Shown piece after piece: positions 37,805 to 47,400 of a DNA stretch of 64,000 nucleotides. The notes beneath the pieces are model-generated. The model ran no database searches and was not told where the DNA came from. It saw only the letters and a list, made by a program, of their open reading frames with translations. The stretch lies in IMG/VR virus record IMGVR_UViG_3300007735_000783, positions 6,877 to 70,876 of that record; one strand, given 5' to 3'. The position numbers and the translations under genes were made by a program. Every line of letters starts with the position of its first letter. The first letter of the stretch is position 1. The stretch is from a virus.

Positions 37805-37874
37805 GTATCCTTTCGTATTACGAGGTATTAAAAGTATGAGTGAGTGTGTATTGTATACTAAGTATTCTTTGTAT
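37805..37874 (-). repeat. Eight ATAC (plus-strand GTAT) repeats across the gp32 translation initiation region
   Basis: GTAT at 37805, 37815, 37825, 37834, 37848, 37853, 37862 and 37871. Confidence 0.75.
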
Positions 37875-38481
37875 GCAACTTGTTTGTGATGATTTCCGAG
37901 ATAATTCTCTTCAGTTCATCACGCCTAGTATCTAGGTGAAGGAAGGGCGCATAACGAAGAAGAGGAATACCAACTTCTTCCCAAATAGGATCACCATCCA
38001 TGTTCCATCGTTTTGTAAAATGTAACAGATGATCCAATACTAAAAAAGTTTCAGGAGAAATGCGCTTCTCCATTACTGATCTAAAAATTCGTGGATGTGT
38101 TCCGTCTTCCTGATGGAACAGTTTGTTAAAACATTCAGGATCATCTTTGCAGGTCTCCCATAATTTGTTTATTTCACCCTTTATATGATACTGCAAAGAC
38201 TGAACTCGCTTCATTCTAGCAAGGTGGTCAGCCTGTGCTTCTTCGCCAAGCATGTCACCAACCCATGAGCGGTTGGCTAAAACTTGAGATAAAAAGAACT
38301 CCACGATTTCATCGCGGGAGTAACGCTTGGCTAATTTCTCAAACTGATAACGATCTTTTCGCGTTTCAAACGAACGACTAGAAACTCTAGTCTTTCCGCT
38401 ATACCTGTGAAAATCAAAGTTATTGTTTTTAAAGTGAGTTTTTATAGCAAGGTAGATTTGATATGCGTCTACAGGGTTCAT
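37858..38481 (-). CDS. gp59: Helicase loader gp59
   Basis: AYQIYLAIKTHF..FDFHRY.GK..SFETRKDRYQFEKLA; ISPETF..LD; Y.PFL. Confidence 0.88.
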   Translation of the reverse strand: MNPVDAYQIYLAIKTHFKNNNFDFHRYSGKTRVSSRSFETRKDRYQFEKLAKRYSRDEIVEFFLSQVLANRSWVGDMLGEEAQADHLARMKRVQSLQYHIKGEINKLWETCKDDPECFNKLFHQEDGTHPRIFRSVMEKRISPETFLVLDHLLHFTKRWNMDGDPIWEEVGIPLLRYAPFLHLDTRRDELKRIISEIITNKLHTKNT

Positions 38482-38706
38482 TCAAAATAATTTAGAAGTC
38501 TTCTTAAGCATGTTGGCTTTCTGTCCTTCCACCTTTAGCCGTTCCTTGATTGGCTTGGTGAGAAGTTTTGCAACTGCTTCAGGTTCAATTCCGTGCTTTT
38601 CGCAAAGATCAACAATCACTTCAATGTAAGTGGTATCTTTACGACTCTTGTACATTTCTTCTACCTGCCGACAAAAATCGGCTTGTAGATTTATTATAGA
38701 GCCCAT
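38482..38706 (-). CDS. gp33: Late promoter transcription co-activator gp33
   Basis: YIEVIVDLCEKHGIEPEAVAKLLTKPIKERLKVE..NMLK. Confidence 0.85.
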   Translation of the reverse strand: MGSIINLQADFCRQVEEMYKSRKDTTYIEVIVDLCEKHGIEPEAVAKLLTKPIKERLKVEGQKANMLKKTSKLF

Positions 38707-38934
38707 TTAATCAGATTCCTCTAGTTCTTCCTCACGAGGAACAGAATTCAATTGTTCGCCCCGTATAATTGCGTTATTAAATTCTTCTTCGCTAAACAGC
38801 AGAGTTACTTCACGATCTTTAAGCATAATGTGAATAATATGCTTACCTTCTCCTAACTTGTCAAGTATGGAGTCTTTAATCTTATTGATCTCTGCGTGTT
38901 CATCTCTCTTAAACAGTCTGGTTAACCATTTCAT
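38707..38934 (-). CDS. Hypothetical protein
   Basis: 75-aa ORF tiling the operon between the exonuclease and gp33. Confidence 0.6.
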   Translation of the reverse strand: MKWLTRLFKRDEHAEINKIKDSILDKLGEGKHIIHIMLKDREVTLLFSEEEFNNAIIRGEQLNSVPREEELEESD

Positions 38935-39583
38935 TGATTTTCCTCTGTAGGTCTTGAAAATTATTGCTAGCCCAATAGTTCTTTATGGATTCGCCTAACT
39001 TGATTTTATAATCATCAGGATTCTTTTTAAATACCTGAGTGCTTCCATCCTCTGCTGATATAAGAATAACCACCTGCGGAACTCGTACACCCATGCTCTC
39101 TAACCACATGTACGAGTATGCAGCGGTTTGTTCAAAGTAATTTTGAATCCAATCTTCCTTGCGACGAGACTTTGCAGACTTGAAATCAATAACCGAGAGA
39201 ACGCCTTCATATTCTCCGATGCAATCAAACCTGCCTGCCATACGCAAACTGTCGGAACACAACTGAGTTTCCTGAGCCACAACCTTGTTAATTTTGTCAA
39301 GGCTAGGAATCATCTGATTGAAAAGAGTTTGAGTCTTCTCGCAAGTAGTTCTGTAAGTTTCCTTGTTGAGATAATTTTCAATCATCGTGTGCATTGCTGT
39401 TCCACGACGCATAGCCTCATCACTACTCTTTTTATTTTCAGGATTCTCTCGCCACTTTGCCCAAAACTCTTTCTTGGCAAATCCTGTTACAGTTGTGACT
39501 GAGGGATACCAATTACCCGTTTTGGCAGACTGATAGAATCTTCCCATCCCATCAATTTCAATAGACTTCAATTTCATTTCCAT
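38909..39583 (-). CDS. PD-(D/E)XK family exonuclease typical of T4-like cyanophages
   Basis: YPSVTTV; RGTAMH..IENYL; AGRFDCIGEYEG.LSVIDFKS; YFEQTAAY. Confidence 0.85.
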   Translation of the reverse strand: MEMKLKSIEIDGMGRFYQSAKTGNWYPSVTTVTGFAKKEFWAKWRENPENKKSSDEAMRRGTAMHTMIENYLNKETYRTTCEKTQTLFNQMIPSLDKINKVVAQETQLCSDSLRMAGRFDCIGEYEGVLSVIDFKSAKSRRKEDWIQNYFEQTAAYSYMWLESMGVRVPQVVILISAEDGSTQVFKKNPDDYKIKLGESIKNYWASNNFQDLQRKINEMVNQTV

Positions 39584-39584
39584 T

Positions 39585-39836
39585 TTAATAGTCTCTCATT
39601 GTGTGTCGTGGATGGGCTTTCTTTACCTTGGAGATTACTTCTTTAAATCCGTTATCAGGACGAGTAATTCCCAAACGAACAGGATCAATAACCTGAACCG
39701 AGGCATCCAACTTGATTACTTTCTTTTTGCCACACTTAGGACAAGGCTTTTTTGTCGGCTTGTTGCGATTAGCAATAGTTTGCATATCATCCCAAGTGTG
39801 ATCGCATGCAGTACATTTATAGTCGTATAGTGGCAT
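39585..39836 (-). CDS. FmdB-family zinc ribbon protein
   Basis: MPLYDYKCTACDH...PCPKCG; PDNGFKEVISKVKKAHP. Confidence 0.85.
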   Translation of the reverse strand: MPLYDYKCTACDHTWDDMQTIANRNKPTKKPCPKCGKKKVIKLDASVQVIDPVRLGITRPDNGFKEVISKVKKAHPRHTMRDY

Positions 39837-39847
39837 ATTGTATCCTT

Positions 39848-39855
39848 TATTTATA
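39848..39855 (-). promoter_or_regulatory. Late promoter (TATAAATA)
   Basis: Reverse complement exact consensus overlapping the uvsE stop, just upstream of the FmdB-like gene. Confidence 0.55.
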
Positions 39856-40777
39856 CGGCTGTCAAACTTAAGTTTCGGTATTCCATTAGCGCAAGATCTT
39901 TTGCCTTGGCTTCAATCATTACATCATAGACCGTATCCGCTAGTTCAGGAATGCGTTCTTTAATAAAATCGGAATGGGCTTGTGGCTTTTTGCCTTCAGC
40001 CGACTCAGAGTAATGTACCTTGGGAACTTCACAAAAGCCTTGCCAAGTTGAAAAAGCCATATCAGCCGCTTGGTGTAAAGACTCTCGTTGGCAGAACCGA
40101 TGATGATGAATATCCAATACTAATTTGAGTCCTTCGCATCGTGACCACAGAATTTCATAAAGATCACTCATGCTCCACATAGAGGCTTTATCATCATTCT
40201 CTATGGTTAAGCGTCGTTGAATCTGTGGTGATAGTCTACGGTAATTGTCTGCGAATCGTTTAGCCGTGTCAGTTTTTTCGTCGTAAGTACCACCTACATG
40301 GATATTGATGGCAAACTCATCGCCATAACCCAACAGGTCTGCAAGAAAAGAGTGCATTTCAAGACTCATAATACTCTTTTCTACAATATCATGGTTAGGA
40401 GAAGCCAAACAGGTATAAGGGCCTGGATGACAAGATAAACGCATACCGTTTGCCTTGGCTAGTTTGCCTGCTTCAGCAAAGTTACTGACTATGGCTTGAC
40501 TGTGATGTTCCGCTAGATTTTCAAGACCATACTTCAGAGTAGGATGATCCATAAACGGAAACATCTCGCTGCTGATGCGAAACATCTTTACATCGTTATC
40601 CACATTCCATTGTATGATTTTTACAAGGTCAGCAGAATTCTTTGCAGCCAACTCACCGCAGCGATCAAGACTAAAGTTAGCCATACGCAGAGTGCGGCTT
40701 GTGGTTATTTCGTTTTTCTTTTTAACGCCTTTGTTGAGTGTAAGGTTCACACAGGCGTATCCGATATTGCGTAGCAT
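39851..40777 (-). CDS. uvsE: UV DNA damage endonuclease UvsE (UVDE)
   Basis: IGYAC; FRISSEMFP; RLSCHPGPY..LAS; INIHVGG; RLTIENDD; LDIHHH; HYSES; AHSD; DVMIEAKAKDLAL. ATG at 40777 preferred because GGAG lies upstream. Confidence 0.92.
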   Translation of the reverse strand: MLRNIGYACVNLTLNKGVKKKNEITTSRTLRMANFSLDRCGELAAKNSADLVKIIQWNVDNDVKMFRISSEMFPFMDHPTLKYGLENLAEHHSQAIVSNFAEAGKLAKANGMRLSCHPGPYTCLASPNHDIVEKSIMSLEMHSFLADLLGYGDEFAINIHVGGTYDEKTDTAKRFADNYRRLSPQIQRRLTIENDDKASMWSMSDLYEILWSRCEGLKLVLDIHHHRFCQRESLHQAADMAFSTWQGFCEVPKVHYSESAEGKKPQAHSDFIKERIPELADTVYDVMIEAKAKDLALMEYRNLSLTAV

Positions 40778-40796
40778 GTTATCTCCAATATAACAC

Positions 40797-40820
40797 AAAA
40801 GCCTTGCCGAAGCAAGGCTA
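40797..40820 (-). terminator. Intrinsic terminator with C(UUCG)G tetraloop
   Basis: Minus strand reads GCCTTGC-TTCG-GCAAGGC-TTTT, the T4-type terminator loop. Confidence 0.75.
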
Positions 40821-40845
40821 ATGTGGTAAGAATCACACCCGTGAT

Positions 40846-41091
40846 TTAGTCGTCGTCCCTATCAGGAACGGAACCGTCGTCTTCGTCATCAAAGTAGAAG
40901 TTTGGATCTTCTTCTTCAATTTCATCCATCTGCTCTTCACTATACTCAGGCTCATCAGGATTATGAGAAAACTCATTTTCTTCCTCGTGCTCCTGATGCT
41001 GATCGTCATCATAATTATCATTATCCTCGTCAGGATCGGGACGAATTGCATTATACTGTTCGTAAAAATCGTCAGGATTATAGATTGACAT
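40846..41091 (-). CDS. Extremely acidic 81-aa protein
   Basis: ATG at 41091 with GAGGAG upstream; MSIYNPDDFYEQ...DRDDD; about 36 D/E versus 2 R and 0 K by manual count. Confidence 0.75.
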   Translation of the reverse strand: MSIYNPDDFYEQYNAIRPDPDEDNDNYDDDQHQEHEEENEFSHNPDEPEYSEEQMDEIEEEDPNFYFDDEDDGSVPDRDDD

Positions 41092-41092
41092 G

Positions 41093-41302
41093 TTACTTGC
41101 TCCTCTTAGTGGGTTCAAGATCGGTATTTTTAACCCACCGATGAATATAGGGATGTGTGTCTTCAATGTTTTCAGGATCGTGAATAGACACAAGATACTG
41201 CGGACCATTACGCAGATCACGCTCAATACGAATAATCATACCCGCTCGTTCCATAGAATAAACCCAAACCTTAGTACCAGTAGGCAAAACTTCTTCAGTC
41301 AT
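41093..41302 (-). CDS. Small hypothetical protein, possibly SH3/KOW-like beta barrel
   Basis: LPTGTKVWV..RAGMII...QYLVSI..RWVKNTDLEP; first gene after the divergent promoter. Confidence 0.6.
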   Translation of the reverse strand: MTEEVLPTGTKVWVYSMERAGMIIRIERDLRNGPQYLVSIHDPENIEDTHPYIHRWVKNTDLEPTKRSK

Positions 41303-41362
41303 TTTTACAATTTTCTAAAATGTTAGGCGACCACAAGCCGCCAAGTAACGCTTGATGTAAAC

Positions 41363-41390
41363 AATATACTACACCAAAAAGTTTTGTCAA
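41363..41390 (-). promoter_or_regulatory. Sigma70-type early promoter (leftward)
   Basis: Minus strand TTGACA-16 nt-TATATT. Confidence 0.6.
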
Positions 41391-41393
41391 GGG

Positions 41394-41421
41394 TTGACAG
41401 AGAAAAAAACCATGTTAGTAT
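41394..41421 (+). promoter_or_regulatory. Sigma70-type early promoter (rightward)
   Basis: TTGACA-16 nt-TAGTAT, with a TGn extended -10. Confidence 0.6.
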
Positions 41422-41430
41422 TGTATCGCT

Positions 41431-42558
41431 ATGAGCAAAAAAATTGAACAACAGTATTGGGGCGATGAGCCACCGTGGGATCACCTTCCTAAAAATCCCG
41501 AAGATGTTCGCGTAGCCACGCAATATTGCAGGGCTGTGCAATGGTATCATAATATGGCTGACGAAGCCGATTATAAAAAATGGGTGTTGGAGTGGATGAG
41601 TAAAAATAAATATTCTGCCGCAAACACCGCATTTATAAAAAAACTGTCGGATGTAAACATATATCCTGATGAAGTGGATGGATTGCGTTCAGGCATGATT
41701 ATTGGTCCTATTGCTCGTATGCTTACGCTAGGCGCACCACTTCAGACTGAACAAATTTCTAATTTGAAAAAGTGCGTGGCTCATTTAATTGCCAAGGGTA
41801 AGAACTTAAAAGACGAAACCCAAGCATCAGGTAGACCTAGTGTGCGGGATCATGTCCGCGAACAGGTGCGTGAACTGATTGAGGATATTGAACTGCTGTC
41901 CGACAAGATTTTGTCAGGCGAAAAGATTAATTGGAAGCCTGAAGAGTATATTAAGGAACGAACCATCAAACCGATGCAATCTGGAATTATTGCTGATTGG
42001 TTTGAGCGTCAAACCGAAGATATCAATCAGGTGCTTAGTGGTAAGGCTGACGAACAATTAAAGGAAGGATATTCATTCTTTAAGAAGCCTGTTCTTAGAC
42101 GGTATCAGGAATGGCTTACAAGCGTCGTGGCTGCATTTCGTCAGGTAAAGAAGGCTGCACCCCCTATTCGCCGTGCCAAGCGTCGTAAGCCGCCTATAGA
42201 GCGTGTAAAGAAGATGCGTTGGTTGAAAGAAAATGCAGAACTTGGTATTACCTCACAGCATCCGTCTAGATTGATTGGTGCAAGCAAGGCGGTTCTATTT
42301 AATGTAAAAACCCGTATTGTCACCCTTTTAGAGGCAGAAACTGTAGATGGTTTGGATGTAGACGGAACCTCTGTCAAGAGTTTTGACGCAGGCAGTAAGT
42401 GTAAGAAGGTTCGTAATCCTAAAGAATTCTTGTCTTCAATTAAGGGAGATGTGGGCATTCGTGCGTTTAAGAACGCCTTTGAAGCCCTTAAAACTGAGGA
42501 AAAGGAAGCAAGCGGTAGAACTAACGAAGATACAATTATTCTTTATGTGTATAAATAA
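41431..42558 (+). CDS. Hypothetical protein of a type conserved in T4-like environmental phages
   Basis: 375 aa; QLKEGYS; HPSRLIGA...LFNVKTR..L..G..V.GTS..FD...K.VRNP..L; GRTNEDTIIL. Confidence 0.75.
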   Translation: MSKKIEQQYWGDEPPWDHLPKNPEDVRVATQYCRAVQWYHNMADEADYKKWVLEWMSKNKYSAANTAFIKKLSDVNIYPDEVDGLRSGMIIGPIARMLTLGAPLQTEQISNLKKCVAHLIAKGKNLKDETQASGRPSVRDHVREQVRELIEDIELLSDKILSGEKINWKPEEYIKERTIKPMQSGIIADWFERQTEDINQVLSGKADEQLKEGYSFFKKPVLRRYQEWLTSVVAAFRQVKKAAPPIRRAKRRKPPIERVKKMRWLKENAELGITSQHPSRLIGASKAVLFNVKTRIVTLLEAETVDGLDVDGTSVKSFDAGSKCKKVRNPKEFLSSIKGDVGIRAFKNAFEALKTEEKEASGRTNEDTIILYVYK

Positions 42559-42570
42559 GTGTACTAAATA
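42550..42570 (+). promoter_or_regulatory. Tandem late promoters (TATAAATA and CTAAATA)
   Basis: TATAAATA at 42550-42557 and CTAAATA at 42564-42570. Confidence 0.6.
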
Positions 42571-42602
42571 TATTCGTTATCACCATAACTAAAAGGACTA
42601 CC

Positions 42603-43034
42603 ATGAGAATGCTAGTGAGTGAAGTTCTGTATAAAGTAGAACAGGCTAAAACTGAATCGGAAAAAATAAATCTATTGCGAGTAAATTATTCTCCAGCATT
42701 GGAGGATACTCTGCGATGGGCTTATGATCCTAATATTTTGTTTTTCACCAAAACAATTCCGCCTTACACACCCGATCTTTCTCCTGAAGGACTGGCTTAT
42801 ACTTCTTTGTATTCAGAACACAAAAGATTTTATATATTCCTAAGAGATTATAAATTAGTAGAAGAACGAAAGACCGTTTTACTAATTCAAATGCTAGAGG
42901 CTTTAGGAAAAACAGAATCAAAGATATTAGAAAATATCATACTGAAGGATATTCCTGAAGTATCTAAAGACCTTGCATGCAAGGCTTATCCAAATTTTTT
43001 GAACAAACCTATGAAGATTCCTATGGAGGCATGA
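42603..43034 (+). CDS. Hypothetical protein of a type conserved in T4-like phages
   Basis: LVSEVL..V..AKT..EKI.LLR; YDPNI; PPYTP; LIQMLEAL...E. Confidence 0.75.
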   Translation: MRMLVSEVLYKVEQAKTESEKINLLRVNYSPALEDTLRWAYDPNILFFTKTIPPYTPDLSPEGLAYTSLYSEHKRFYIFLRDYKLVEERKTVLLIQMLEALGKTESKILENIILKDIPEVSKDLACKAYPNFLNKPMKIPMEA

Positions 43035-43039
43035 TAGAT

Positions 43040-43216
43040 ATGGGTAAGAGTAATGATGGCACGAGCGATTGGAATGATCGGATTTCTAGAAAAAACAAAA
43101 AAGCAGAAAACCGAAAAAACAAAAAAAGAATAAATTCACAGAACATCATGGAGCGTTGGTCTCACAACGACTCGGATGATGATCTGTATCAAGACCGAGA
43201 AAAGTTTCGCAAATAA
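43040..43216 (+). CDS. Small basic hypothetical protein (alternative ATG at 43031)
   Basis: GGAGG at 43025-43029; MGKSNDG..RKNKKAENRKNKKR. Confidence 0.55.
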   Translation: MGKSNDGTSDWNDRISRKNKKAENRKNKKRINSQNIMERWSHNDSDDDLYQDREKFRK

Positions 43217-43237
43217 TTAAATAAATGGAGATTTAAA

Positions 43238-44383
43238 ATGACGCAGAAGAAAATTACACTATGCATGATAGTGAAGAATGAATCTAGGGTGATTGAACGA
43301 TGCTTGGCTTCGGTTCTTCCTGTTATTGATTATTGGGTTATCGTGGATACTGGTTCAACCGATGGTACTCAAGACAAGATCAAGAAGTTTTTTGATAATG
43401 TAGGCATTCCCGGCGAACTACACGAGCGTCCTTGGAAGAACTTCGGTCACAATCGTACTGAAGCCCTTGAATTTGCTAGAGCAACAGAAAATGATTACTG
43501 CTTGATGATTGACTCAGATGAAGTTCTTGTTTACGATCCAGGATTTGATCCTGAGAAGTTCAAGGAAAGTCTCACAGCAGATCTTTACAATGTGTTTGCA
43601 TTCTACGGCAATACAAAGTATCACCGTCCTCAGTTGACTAGCAACAAGTTGAAGTACTACTACCGTGGCGTTCTCCATGAATATGTGGACTGCCATGATG
43701 AGATCAAGACCCGCGACTTTGCTCGTGGTTTTACAAATACTCCAATTCAAGACGGTGCTCGTTCGCAGAATCCTAAGAAGTATGCAGACGATGCTGACAC
43801 CTTTGAACAAGCCCTTAAGGGTGAGGTTGATCCCAAGGACTTTAATCGTTACCATTTCTATCTTGCTCAGTCTTATCGTGATTCGCAGCAGTGGGATAAG
43901 TCGCTTGAGGCTTATCTTAAGAGAGCACAACTTGGTGGATGGAACGAGGAAGTGTTCTACAGTCTGTTCCAAGTTGGTAGAATTCGTGAAATCTTGAAGC
44001 ACTCAATTGATGATATTATTGCTGCATATTGGCAAGCCTATCAGGTTGCTCCTTGGAGAGCGGAAAGTTTGTGGGCTGCCGCAAGAGTTGCTCGTCTATC
44101 AGGACGCTTTGACCAGGCTTATAGATTTTCAAAAATAGCAGCAAAGATTAGGTATCCTGAAGGAGCATTGTTTGTGGCTCAACCAGTTTACGATTGGATG
44201 ATTCTAGACGAGTATGCAATTTCTGCCTATTGGACAGAAAATTATAACGAGGCTAGATCGGCATCTATTAGGCTTATGCAAGAAAATAAGTTCCCACCAG
44301 ATCAAAAGGAACGAATTGAAGCAAACCTAAAGTTTGCTACAGAAGCCATAGTAAATGGATCGGCAGTTTCTGTCGGAGCGTAA
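43238..44383 (+). CDS. Family 2 glycosyltransferase with C-terminal TPR-like repeats
   Basis: ITLCMIVKNE..IERCL; IVDTGSTDGT; NFGHNRTEAL; IDSDE (DxD); YRGVLHEY; then FYLAQSYRD..Y.KRA..GGW.EEVFYS helical repeats. Confidence 0.92.
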   Translation: MTQKKITLCMIVKNESRVIERCLASVLPVIDYWVIVDTGSTDGTQDKIKKFFDNVGIPGELHERPWKNFGHNRTEALEFARATENDYCLMIDSDEVLVYDPGFDPEKFKESLTADLYNVFAFYGNTKYHRPQLTSNKLKYYYRGVLHEYVDCHDEIKTRDFARGFTNTPIQDGARSQNPKKYADDADTFEQALKGEVDPKDFNRYHFYLAQSYRDSQQWDKSLEAYLKRAQLGGWNEEVFYSLFQVGRIREILKHSIDDIIAAYWQAYQVAPWRAESLWAAARVARLSGRFDQAYRFSKIAAKIRYPEGALFVAQPVYDWMILDEYAISAYWTENYNEARSASIRLMQENKFPPDQKERIEANLKFATEAIVNGSAVSVGA

Positions 44384-44412
44384 ATTTAATATAACCTGAC
44401 TTTATTTCTGTG

Positions 44413-44419
44413 CTAAATA
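44413..44419 (+). promoter_or_regulatory. Late promoter (CTAAATA)
   Basis: Motif ~34 nt upstream of the 44453 start. Confidence 0.6.
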
Positions 44420-44452
44420 CCTCCTAGAACCAATCTCTAGAGAGGGATATGA

Positions 44453-47400
44453 ATGCCCAGATACAACAGGTTATCTACAATTTATGTTCAGTCAGCAGCA
44501 AGTCAGGTAGGGCTAAAGGATACCTTTACCCAACCAGGTCATAATTTACAGCCAGGAACTGCGGTTTTTGTCAACAGTTCAGGTAATTTGGAAGCAGGAA
44601 TAGCCTCGTCTATTTCAAAATCCAATATTATTGGTATTGTAGAATCTGTAAATGGTAGTGATGTTGTTGTAGTCTATCAGGGAAATGTTGAATTTCCCGC
44701 TGGAGCAACATCATCATATACCAAGTTTCCTTTAGTAACAGGAAACACCTACTATCTTTCAGATGCTGTAACCGGTGGAATAACTGCTGGCTATTCCACA
44801 TCATCAACATCTAGTTTAATTAAACCAATACTCGTACCCTATACTGGTTATAGTGGTATTGTTATAAATTCTCTACCGCTATCCACAACCCCTCTAGTAA
44901 GTCTATTTACCCCTGTTGGATCAATTGTTCCATATGTTGGTGGTGGATCAGATTTGCCAGCAGGATGGTTGGTGTGTGCAGGCGACTCTCTAGAAAAATC
45001 GGGATCATATTACAACGCTTTATACGATATAGTTGGAGAAAAATATTCTATTCAAGGACTTGCTAATTCCTCGACAACAGGACAAACCGCAAGTGTTTAC
45101 TTCAACTCTTCGGTTTATGATGCTCCAACAGAAGGGCCTGGATCGTCTAAAAATCACTCTATTCTAAACAATGAAGTGTATAAAATGGTTTGGGGTACTA
45201 ACCAAACTGTGGTTCAAGTGTATTCTGCAACAGGAACCACGAATAATGTAACCTTCAAATATTTGAGTAGTATTACTGGCAGTACATCATTCAATAACCT
45301 AACAACAGGAACACAAATCACTTTGAAGTCTCTGTTGAATGGTGAGGCAAGCGGATACACATCAAGCAAATTCTTCTTGCCTGACCTTCGTGGCAGAACA
45401 GTTGTTGGTGCAGGAACTGCATTAAGCCTATCGTCAAGAACGCCAGGAGATGTTGGTGGCGAAGAAAATCATTACCTAACAGAAAACGAATTGCCATCTC
45501 ACTCCCACGCAATTCAACTAATGAATTCTACTGGTGTTTCCGGTTCGGCTTCGTATCTTATCGGAGCAACAAACGGTAATGTTTCCTCGTACCTATCGTC
45601 ATACCCACAAGCACAAGCAGCGTTTAGTAGTGCTACTGGAGGAGGCGACGATCACGAAAACATGCCTCCATTTGGAGTGGCAAACTGGATTATTCGTTAC
45701 AAAACAAACGAAGGACAGCCTGGAATTGAAGTTGGTCCCAAGGGTGCTCGTGGAGCAACAGGCGCACAAGGCATTCAAGGATCAACTGGCCCAACAGGAT
45801 CTATCGGTGTAACAGGAGCAGGATTAGGTGTAATCAACTACACTTACACTAATGTTTCTTCAATTCCTGATGGATGTTTTTCTTTTGATTATGCTTCCTC
45901 TGGAGGATATCTAAGACTTAGTGCCGTAGAGCATTCTTCTGCTGATGTTGGAGATTACATTGCAACAGTTATGACTAATAACAATACCCAAAGAGCCGGT
46001 ATTGTTGTGATAAGACCTGTGGTAAATTCATCTTCTTTCTTAAGAATCTATGAACTTGCTCCTTCATACACTGTTGTAAACGGAAATGGTTTAGGTACTG
46101 TTACCACTCACTACAGATTAAATATTCAAAACATATTAGCCACACTTGGCGATCCTGTACTAGGTCAACTATACTCTGTAACCATTTTGCCTAGCGCAAA
46201 CGAGGGTTCTGTTGGTGCTCAGGGTGCAACTGGCGCAACAGGTTCTCAAGGCGTTGCTGGTGTAACTGGAGATAAGGGAGCAACAGGAGAGTGTGGATGT
46301 ACTGCTGGGTATTATAGAAGCACATTCCCAACCATTTATGTTTCTCCTGCTGGAGATCCTGAACCAGACTTGGGATCAGTAGGCCCTCACAATTTCTCTT
46401 CATCGCAATATGCTCCAACTCTATACTCTAGATTTATAAGCGATCTTGATGGAAATTGGGGAAGCACAAAATACTCGGAAGAAACGGATCCTTTATGGCA
46501 AATCCCTGCACTAAAACGATATTTTAATTCTGCTATATCAGTAACATCACAACCCTGTGGTGGAAACTGTAAGGGTTCTAGTGGATACATCTCGTTGTGT
46601 GATGTGGCTAGAGACTCCGATAGTTCAAATTATTACACTCCACCAAAAGAAACCAATATTGTTTTAACCAAGGACTCTGAAAATTCTGTATTCTCCAACA
46701 CCAAAACAAATATTGTTAATGGTTGTAAGGTGAATGTGTATGCTTCTTCAGATTCATTCTTTAGTAAGATTCCTACAGGACTATCTGCCGGTCTTTTGGC
46801 TACAGCCTATGGAAGCACAGGTAGAAATAGATTAGTTGTTGATGTGTTTATGGATACTTTAAATGTTGCTGCTGGCAATTACATAGGCATTAGACCTGAA
46901 TATTTTGCTTTAACTTTAACAGCATCTGCAACAGGCCCACAATCTCTAGCCGGAATTTACAAAATAGATTCTATAAGTTCGGGTATTGCGAGAGCATACA
47001 CAGATGTTCCGTTTGGTATTAGTGGATCAGATGTATTCCGGGGTTACATTACTGGTGGTGCTTCTAATGATCTACGACAAGTTGACATCTATACAGTATC
47101 TGTAAATTTCACGGATTGTAGCGGATATCTAGTAAATTCAGGCGAATTGTCTTTGGGTCTTTCCACACAGGGTGATCCATTTGTAATATCCTTTGAAGGA
47201 ACAACTGCTTCATCACAAGCAGCCAAAGCAGTAGTAAGCACAGGATCGGGTCTTGTGCGAATTGGTGACAATATGGCATTTTACGGTTGGCCCGAATACG
47301 GAAGTGCTCTATACGCTACAAGAAATGGTTCTATTGAATCTAAAAACAATCTGTTCTCAAGATGCAAAGGAACTGCAATTCAATCGGATAGAAATGGTTC

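Noticed and set aside
38909-39583. Exonuclease as Cas4
   Set aside because: It lacks the C-terminal Cys cluster for the Fe-S centre and has no CRISPR/cas context; it matches the common T4-like PD-(D/E)XK exonuclease
40833-41226. Longer 126-aa version of the acidic ORF and the alternative-frame ORF 40833..41051
   Set aside because: The extension overlaps the 41093..41302 gene, and the ATG at 41091 has a good RBS; the alternative frame is a by-product of GAT/GAA repeats
43238-44383. Glycosyltransferase as a DNA-modifying enzyme like the T4 glucosyltransferases
   Set aside because: Not favoured rather than excluded: it is a GT-A/GT2 enzyme with TPR-like repeats in a late structural context, and no base hydroxymethylase gene is present in the window
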